A stretch of 54,035 nucleotides of DNA, filler included, from Streblomastix strix (lineage: Eukaryota): NCBI GenBank assembly GCA_008636045.1. It is 3 parts of 3 records of this genome, joined end to end, with 100 filler letters (N's around TTAATTAATTAA, not from the genome) between each part and the next. Parts side by side here need not be neighbours in the genome. Positions count along the whole stretch, not along the records: positions 36,097 to 54,035 come from SNRW01000657.1; 2 more parts are not named here. One strand, written 5' to 3'. Within the stretch, counting starts at the first letter, position 1; the number at the start of each line of letters is the position of its first letter. A program made the translations under genes and the position numbers. Under the pieces are notes generated by a model. That model was not told the DNA's origin. It saw only the letters and a program-made list of their open reading frames with translations, and did not search any database. Below are positions 45,701-54,035 of the stretch, one piece after another.

Positions 45701-48700
45701 TCTTTCTTTAATATCTTTCATTCTTATTTCATTTTCTTAATTTAATAACATCTACAATTCATTTTAGCTTAAAACATTCATTGTGTCATTTCTGCACACT
45801 TTTGGATTAAGTATTAATTGAGTTGATTAATTACCTAATACTTGTTTATATTAGAATAAAGATGCTAAATCAATGAGATCTTCCGTGGGTCAAGTGAGAT
45901 GATGAAATTATTACTATATCAGTTATTTGAATGAAAATTAATATTTTGAAGAAATATCATCAATAGATTTATTTGATTGATTTTATTCTTTATCAGCTTA
46001 TTAATCTTATTTAAATTCAGAGCCATCATTACCATCAGAATTTAATTAGTGTAATTCATTAATATAAGGAAATAATCTCTCAAGATCCGCTTAAGATCTT
46101 TTTGGCAAATCAAAGAATATATTTCTTAACATGAACAAACAATCTCCACAATATCCTTAAATATTCTCTGGACTTACATCAATTCCTTCTGTATCCTTCT
46201 CTTCTTCATATTCTTCTGTTTCTTCATTATCCCATTCTTATTCTTATTTTGATTCATCATTATCTTATATTTGCTTTTATTTTCTTATTAATTATTAATT
46301 CTATTAATCCTTTCTTTTCTCCATTTTAATCATTTTATTTAATATTCCAATTAAATATGTCTTCTTTCTGTACTTACATATACTACTTATATTTATCCCT
46401 CTAAATAAAAGATGTAATGTAAAATCTCCTTTATCAAAAAAATCATCATCATCATAATCTTCTTCTTCCTATTCAGATTCTTTTTCATTATTTATAATAT
46501 TAAAAGAATGCTCTTTCATTTAAGTAATATTTTCTTTTTATTATTCTTTACCTAATTTGATTTTTTGTTTCTTTATTATTCCAATTTAATTTTCATTCTT
46601 TTTCTTTTTCTTCATCTTCTTATTCATTAATAATTAATCCAGATTTTTCTTCTTCTCTTTTTGTTTCTATGTTTAATTCTTTTTCTTTTCTTTCACTTAT
46701 TCTTTTGTATCTTTTTCTAACTCTTCTTTTATTTATTTCATATCTTCAGTCATTCTCTGTTTTACATTTCTTATTATTCTCTCCTTTTTATCTTCTTCTT
46801 CTTATATTTAATTTAATCTTCATCTATCCAATAATTTAACTTAAACTGATATTAAAGGAAGAGCTTCTTATAGAAATGAAATAATTGCATATCTGGCAGT
46901 CAAAGGGTTGGCTAATACCCAACAAACGCCATTACAGGCTTAAAAACTTTTATTTGTCTAATTTTAAAATTAAACTTACATCTTTTACATATTTTCATAC
47001 TCATCTTCATTATTATTCAATTAATATTTGTTTATATATTCACTTTTGTTCTGATTAATATAACATGCCCCAAATGGTAGAATTGGATGATTGACCAAAG
47101 CAGAAATAAATACAAATGATAAGTTATTCATTGCAAGATAAAATTAAACATCCAAATCAGTTTCAGGGGCTTCAAACGAAATATCAATTTCGGAATCCGA
47201 ATCAAATCGGTTATCTATATTATTTTCTTAAATTTGTGTCAATTCCAACTATTTATCTTATTTATTTCTCTATTTATTTTTATTAAAAGATTGAGAATTT
47301 TATTTTGCATTTATTTATTTATGTTTCTTATGCAATTACTAATTAATATCAATTTATTATTCTTCATGGATTTCTTAATGTTCAAATTTGTTATATTCAA
47401 GTTCAAATTAACTCATCAAGTTCTATTCAATATCGTCTCCCATTATTATTTATATTAATTTAATAATTGCTTTTAATTCTCTTATTCTTTTTCTTTCTTA
47501 TTTCTTCTTGTCTCCTTCATTATATATTATATTGTCTTATTTATTAATATTTAAAATGTCTCTAATCCATTCAATATCATCATTTATTTATTATTTATTA
47601 AATGATTTGAATTTCTTATTCTTTTCTTATAATATTTCATTTTCATTATTAATATTATCTTTTTCATCGTCATTATCTTTCTAACTTTCTTCTTCTTCAT
47701 CATCATCTTACTATTATTATTATTTTAATTTTAATTTATTCATCTTTTTTCTCTCTAATTTTCTTTTCCTTTTCAATTTTTTCTTCTCAACATCAGTTAA
47801 TGCATTTCCCTTCTCATTCTGATCTTTCTCATTTTATTTATTTATCAATTCAATATTCTATTAATTGATTATTTACTCTTCTTATTCTTAATTCATATCT
47901 TACTCTTATTCAATCATTCTTTGAGTATTGTCAAACAAAGGAAGTAGAAGAGCAACTCTGAATATTAATTTATTAAGCTCAGATCTTATTAATTCTGATT
48001 CATTAATACTAGATGCGTTTTCTTAAATGTTTTCTAATGAAAGATCTTATTCATTTTCCATTTTTTCATTTAAATTATCTTTTTCAATTTGAAGAGATAA
48101 TGGTATTTATTATTAGAATTATTCATTATCTTTATTTTGAAGTGATTTATTTTAATTCAATTGATTAAATGATTATAATAACTAGAAAGGACTATACTAA
48201 GAATGTAGAAATGATGAAGGAGTAATAAATTATGAAATGAATTAAATAAAATTACACTTATTCATATCAAATTAATTATTTTCATCAATCTGAGATTATT
48301 ATTCCTATTAATTACCAATTTGATTATTAATTAGGATATCATCTAATAATTCTCTCTCTATAAATGATTAGGATAGATCTCCTCCAATCCAATTTAATAT
48401 ATAGTAATATGATAGAGACAAAGAATGTGAAGTGAAAGTATATAGTAAAAGACGAAGAAATTAATGAATGAGTGAATTACGATAGATTATAGTGGGACAT
48501 CTTGGGTATAGATGAGAAAGTTTCTATATGTTTTACGCTTAATCTTATTAATTGTTATTTAATTCGCGTTATTTATTAATTTAATCAAGAAGAGTCTCTT
48601 ATATGTATATATTAATTAATTGTTATGTAATTGGAAATAACTTATTTGAAGTATTAACAATTGATTAAGTTAAATCAAAAGCAGGAGAAACACAAGGCTA

Positions 48701-49394
48701 AAACCCTTCAACTGGATATCTGAATGGCACATCACTGTATAATAGAATTATGGAATGAAATCAATGAAAGATTGAAAAAAAGCAAACCCATAATTAACCA
48801 ACACTGCTCCTCCCTTTTCCATTGAAACATATGGAAAGAATGTTTCTAGAAATGGACTTAAGGGCAAATTATTGAACGGAGAGCCTAAACTTATTCCATT
48901 TCTGAAGAATCCAATGCAACCAGGTAAGCAATTAGATCTGAATGAATAGGATTACTCTTCATTTCCAGAATTCACATCATAAGGCTCAAGATCAATAGTC
49001 ACTCCAATAACATCTCCAATTATACATGGTTCTAGAGAAGTGAGATTACGATCTGTTGATCTGGCATCTCCTGTAAATACATTGAACTGAGCCAAGAATG
49101 GAACATTTTCTTTCTCAAATGATCTTTGCTTTCTGACATATCCAACTGAAACTCCACCAGTTGTGAGCAATGACACTTCAAAATAAAATCATCCTTCAAC
49201 TAAACCAAACGGACCAAAAAATGATTCCGTAATTATTCGAGATGCTGATCTAGAAGATTTTTTAACTATAAAACGAAGAAAATTATACTTATAAGTAATT
49301 AATATTTCAAACGAATAGAACAGATGTGGACAGCAAGATCACAAAATATACTCAAATTATCTTCTGTCTAAATTGAAGAATTTTGATGTGACAT
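42746..49394 (-). CDS. RNF123: RNF123/KPC1-like E3 ubiquitin ligase (N-terminal SPRY, C-terminal RING), about 2180 codons, with three in-frame TGAs
   Basis: SPRY: G*FYFEV, GDVIGVTIDL, IGFFRNGISLGSPFNNL, FFPYVSM, VNYGDVPFRYPVEGF. RING: CEICFTHKATETICTNSHLLCAYCLHRL...ECPFC, then TGA at 42746-42748. No frameshift across the 6-kb last exon. Internal TGAs at 49189, 46820 and 45890. Confidence 0.8.
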
Positions 49395-50183
49395 CTCTAA
49401 ATAATAATAATAGTTTTAAAGAATTAAAAAAATATTATATATGTATATTCTGTTTGTGATGCTAAATCCAATCTGCAAATTCAAAGATGTTGCGAAATTT
49501 GATTTTATATTTTGTTTTAAATCCGCGCTCAACGATAATATAAATGAGATAATATTAGTAAATTTGTATATAATTTAAATTTAATAAATACAATTTAATT
49601 ATTTTAAAGTAGAATATTGTATTTTTATATAATTTAATTCATTGCATTAAAACTTAAAATTTTAATCGAAAAATCTACTATATAAGATCTTCGATTTTAC
49701 ATGAATAAAATTAAAGATAATAATTGTGGACGAGAACATAAATTATTTTAGAATATTTTTCTTTTTCTATTTTTTAGAAATTATGAGTTATGGTGATTGC
49801 AATTTCGCAACTCAACAAACGTAAGTACTTCACTCAATTTAAGATCTTAAAACTAATTTAATCTTACATATATTAACTTTTACAAGATTTTAAGCAAAAT
49901 ATCTCTCATATTTTGGCCACGGGACGAATAAATAACTAAAGCACTAATAGTGCATGAATCATGATAAATTATGGCACTTAAAAGATCTTAATACATTAAA
50001 TGAAAAGATAGTAATCTAGCTATTTACTAAATTATATCGAAACAATTATTGGTGCAGCGATAATAAAAAAAGTTATCTAAAAACTTTCAGCATTTATTTG
50101 ATACATTTTCAAGCATAATACTTATCATATATGATGACTTTTTCAAAATATTAATATATATATAATACAATTTCTCCTTCAGA

Positions 50184-51074
50184 ATGTCACAAATTCCTGA
50201 TACAAATGTTGATCCTTCAGTGAACGAATTGTCAATAGATACAGAGCCAGAGGAAGCAGTTAAGACCAGGAACATTTTTCTTGCTGTGGGCATTGTATAC
50301 TCTTTTTTATCTATTGGTACTATAGATTTGTTTAACTTTTTTTTCTAGGCACTGAACAAGTAAGATGTCAGTGAGGCAGATGAAAAATAAATTAAACAAG
50401 ATCCCATTGCACAAACAATATACGAGAAAGGAAACAAAGTTGCTGAATATATTGGCCAAACTAGCAAGAAAGGAACTACATATTTGACTGGGTTTGCTAC
50501 AAAATCAATCGTTTCATTATATTGATAAATAAAATTTATTCTTTACAGAACAATTGATAAACTGGTTGACAAAGTTTCGCCTGCTCCTCAACCAATACAA
50601 GTAAGCGACAATATATCATTTGTTGCTACTCAAGGCGCAGCATTGATCAAGACAGGGGGAGACAAAACAAAAGACTCCGGAAAGTATTTCACTATGGGAG
50701 TTGATTTCGTAGCTAGTTATGCATCAAACTACTTGTATAAGAATCAAGCTGAATTAATGGCGAAAGATGGAGTTCTGAAAGGAAGAAGGATCTTTCTTGC
50801 AATAGTAGCTGTGCTTATTGTGATTGTACATAGCATTGTAAGTTTGCTTATTGACTTCTAAGAAGTTCTTGTTGTAGGCATTGGGAAACTGAGCGCAAAG
50901 AGGTTTGGAAAGAATGTTGAAGAGATCGCTCAACTCATTACCCGTATCGTGTTCCTCCTGATTGAAGTATACATTACCGTGATTTCTACAGAGCCGCTTT
51001 ATCTTCTGGTTCTCTTACTCGTTGTCTTCACTCTGGCGGTTCTTAGGCATGTAGCAAATCCACCAACAAAATGA
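50184..51074 (+). CDS. Senescence-domain (spartin/ERD7-like) protein
   Basis: Spliced (2 introns): IAQTIYEKGNKVAEYIG..GTTYLTGTIDKLVDKVSPAPQPIQVS...KRFGKNVEEIA resembles spartin KLRERIQPEEKPVEVS...YKYGYNAGEA; hydrophobic C-terminal helices; TGA at 51072-51074. Confidence 0.6.
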
Positions 51075-51440
51075 AAAGGTTGATGAAATATAGATGCCAT
51101 CAAAATTTTATATTGAAACTAAATAGTATTTAAATAATAAACTCAATCTTGATATTGATTCTTTAGAAACAAAAAACTTTCTGCGTTTTATTGATAAAAA
51201 GTGAATGGTAAGAAAGGGCAAACTTAATTTTAAAACTTTTCAAAAACATTGAATGCATTATTATTAATATTTTCATTTAATTTAATAAATTATTCCTCAG
51301 AATTTAGAAAACAGCAATAATTATTAATATTTTAATTTTTGTACAAATGGCACATCAATATTTTAATATAGATTCAAAATTCCATAATATTACTTGAAAT
51401 TTAATTTATTTTTCTCCCTCTTTAATCAAGTAGTTCACCA

Positions 51441-53759
51441 ATGAACATATAAACTGACGAATTTTCATTTTCTTTAGATTAGTCTGCCATCCTTAATCCA
51501 TTTTATGATCGGAATCAACTTGCATCTAATAATAAACGAGAAAATGTTATGAAAGTGGATAGAAAAATAGAAAAATCTCAAAAAAGTAAAGAGAAATATG
51601 AAGATATAGAAGAAAACATAAATTATTTTAAGTTAATAAAAGCTAGGCTCGGAGCACAAAAAGTTTTTCGTATCTTTACTTCTTGGAGGAATTATTCAGA
51701 AAAGAAACACAATCTAACTGATCTTCTACGAATCTCTGGCTATAAATTCGTGAAGAAAGAAAATGTAATAAATGAAATTCCAATGGATAGCACTTATATG
51801 AATGATGTAAATCCACATATAGAATATTTTATGCATTCTTGAGTTAAATTTATTATTGAAGTTTGGCACTAGGAGGCAATGCTTCGATAGATATTAAGAC
51901 CTTCTTTTGTTACAGTGAGACTTAAACATCGAATACTTCTCAAAAGATTATTTTTTAATTATTTAAAAGAGAATCTACAATCGCAAAGATATAAGAAAGA
52001 AATTATGAATAGAGCAAATAAATTTATATCGAATCAAGAAAAGAAACTTAAAATAAATACTTTTAAAACATGGAGATAAGAAATTATATTTAGAATTCGA
52101 GGATAAATAACAACTGAATTTTTGTAGAAAAAAATATATTAAAAGAAAATGTTTTATTTATGGAAGAAACATTCGGATAAAATAAAAATTCTCCATCAAT
52201 TATAAAAATAATTCATAATGAATAGAAACATATAAAAAGATAAAATCTATTCAAAAGAAGAAAAAGAAGAGAAAAAGAGAATTAAAAATCAAAAGAAGGA
52301 ATAAAATATTAAAAATTAAAAAGAAATGAAAATAGAAGACTTAGAAGAAGATTAGGAAGATGAATCATCAATTGATTCAGATGAAGATGAAGATAATAAA
52401 CTTTATTTTGATTAGAGAAAATCAAAGATTAAATCTTTTTCTCGTTCAGATAGTAACAATAGTGAAAGTAATAATTATTCATATTATCAAGGAATGAAAT
52501 AATATTAGAAAAAGTAAAAGAATAAATTTATAATTACAACTATTACAGAGAGAGAAGCATTGATAAAAGCTGTTTTAAGAAGATGGAATTAAATTGCTAT
52601 AAATTATAAACAAACATTAGAAATGGAAGATGAATTAATAGGAAAACGCAAAAATAAATAATAAATTGAAATATTTCGAGAATGGCATACACTAACTCTT
52701 GAGTAACAGATTATATCAGGAATGATTAGGAGGCATTATTTAATTGTATAATGAACTATTCTGAGATAATGGAAAATCATTGCTTCATAAGAAAGAGTTG
52801 AAAATGATGGATAGAAATTGTTTAATAAGAAACTACGTGAATAAGAAGAGAAATGGATAAGAGATTTACATTTATAAGAATTGGAAAAGAATGAAAAATA
52901 TCGTAAGAAAAGAAGAGAATAAGAAGATGATGAAGAAAAGTTAGAGGATAAGAAGAGAAAGAAGCGTTGGAAAATTATTTGGGAATGGTAAGATAAAGAT
53001 GCTAAAATTACTCCAGATACTCATATCAATAGATAATAATCATTACTCATTCAAACTGAATAAGAAACAGTCAATCAAATTAATTATTCAACCCCAACTG
53101 TTCATCATCCCACACTCTTAACAGCTCCTACAAACACATTATATAACTAATTTAATTTACAAAATGATATATAAAATTAATAATAATCATAAATTAATTA
53201 TATTTCATCGGATTCTTCTATAATACATTCTTTCAATTCTTAATAACAATAAAAAATCTAATAAACTAAATAATAATCTATTTTACCTCCAATCCCCAAA
53301 TATATTATTAAACTTAGCTCTAAGTTAAGCAATGTTTATGATAAAGATCGTTTATAAACATCAAAGTCCTTAAGTTTATCTTAAACTGTAAAACAAGAAT
53401 AATCTTCATTAAATAATTCATTTCAAACTCAAAATTCTTCTTTAATTAATTCTCAGTTAAATAATAAATAATAAGATAATAATTTTGATATTATTCATAG
53501 TTCTTCTTAATAACAATATTCAAATTCTAATCAATAATCATAAATATAATAATAGTTACTGTAAGAGACAAGTTCCTAGATTAGCTCTTATATTGAAAAA
53601 GAGAATAATAATACAAATGATTCTCCACTTCATCTGTCTGGTCTTAATTTATCAAATCCTAATGTTTAATAATCATATTAATAAAGATAGCTTCTGCTAT
53701 AATAACAATAACTATAATATGAAAATTCTTTATTTTAGAATCAATAACAATTTCCTTTA
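51441..53759 (+). CDS. SFI1: SFI1-like protein, 5' part (second copy or allele); two in-frame TGAs; broken by inversion at 53756
   Basis: ATG at 51441; Sfi1 repeats (VFRIFTSWR, KINTFKTWR, KKMFYLWK, IEIFREWH); runs in frame into the sequence that starts contig 3 at 36097; TGA at 51840 and 52752. May be a pseudogene. Confidence 0.7.
53025..53759 (+). repeat. 735-bp direct repeat, copy 2
   Basis: About 98% identical to 36097-36831. Confidence 0.95.
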
Positions 53760-54035
53760 ATTATGATTACGTCAAAACTTATGACTAATTTCTATTCTCA
53801 GGAAATTATTTCATTACAACAGATATATTCTCTAATTACAATTATTGTGGAATTGTATCATTTTATTTATGTTTTGAAGATGATAGTAATTAAGAATAAT
53901 ATTATTATTAATCTTGGATAGATTCTTAAGTATTTATATTTGCATTCTAATATAAAAATACAATGAATAGACACAATTTGCGCCTATATGGAGGACGATT
54001 ATATATAAGTAAAGGAAATTGTTATTGATTCTAAA
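53756..54035 (-). repeat. Inverted copy of 36806-37085 (fold-back junction)
   Basis: Reverse complement matches 36806-37085 with about 7 substitutions; TTTA microhomology at the junction. Confidence 0.92.

Noticed and set aside
49783..49900. Possible mini-exon MSYGDCNFATQQ followed by a gtaagt donor
   Set aside because: I could not link it to a convincing downstream exon; left unannotated.
50838..50877. gtaag...tag segment resembling an intron in the senescence-domain gene
   Set aside because: It is 40 nt, so removal would shift the frame, while read-through with TAA=Gln keeps the domain similarity.
8320..52754. Selenocysteine reading of the internal TGAs
   Set aside because: None sits at a Cys or redox motif, these families are not known selenoproteins, and I saw no SECIS-like hairpin by eye.

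Overview
AT-rich, intron-containing eukaryotic genomic DNA. It is three unrelated contigs (1-17952, 18053-35996, 36097-54035) joined by two artificial 100-nt spacers (N44-TTAATTAATTAA-N44). The organism reads TAA and TAG as Gln and stops at TGA, so the supplied standard-code ORF track is mostly fragments or artefacts. The code, short GT-AG introns, flagellar genes and divergent Q/N-inflated proteins suggest a flagellated protist, possibly an oxymonad such as Streblomastix (inference; a ciliate is not excluded). Hand translation with TAR=Gln gives RPT2/PSMC1, V-ATPase subunit F, a giant FIG4-like SAC phosphatase, IFT139/TTC21B (partial), RNA Pol III RPC34, a giant WDR90/POC16, a low-complexity protein with a (TAA)31 polyQ, an SFI1-repeat protein split between the two ends of contig 3, PHO88/SND3, RNF123/KPC1-like and a senescence/spartin-domain protein. 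The most unusual signal is eight isolated in-frame TGA codons in three otherwise unbroken multi-kb frames on two contigs, one inside a conserved SPRY motif. These could be context-dependent sense UGA or CpG-driven CGA>TGA damage in duplicated or allelic copies. Contig 3 also has a 735-bp direct repeat 16,928 bp apart and ends in an inversion that looks like an amplification chimera.
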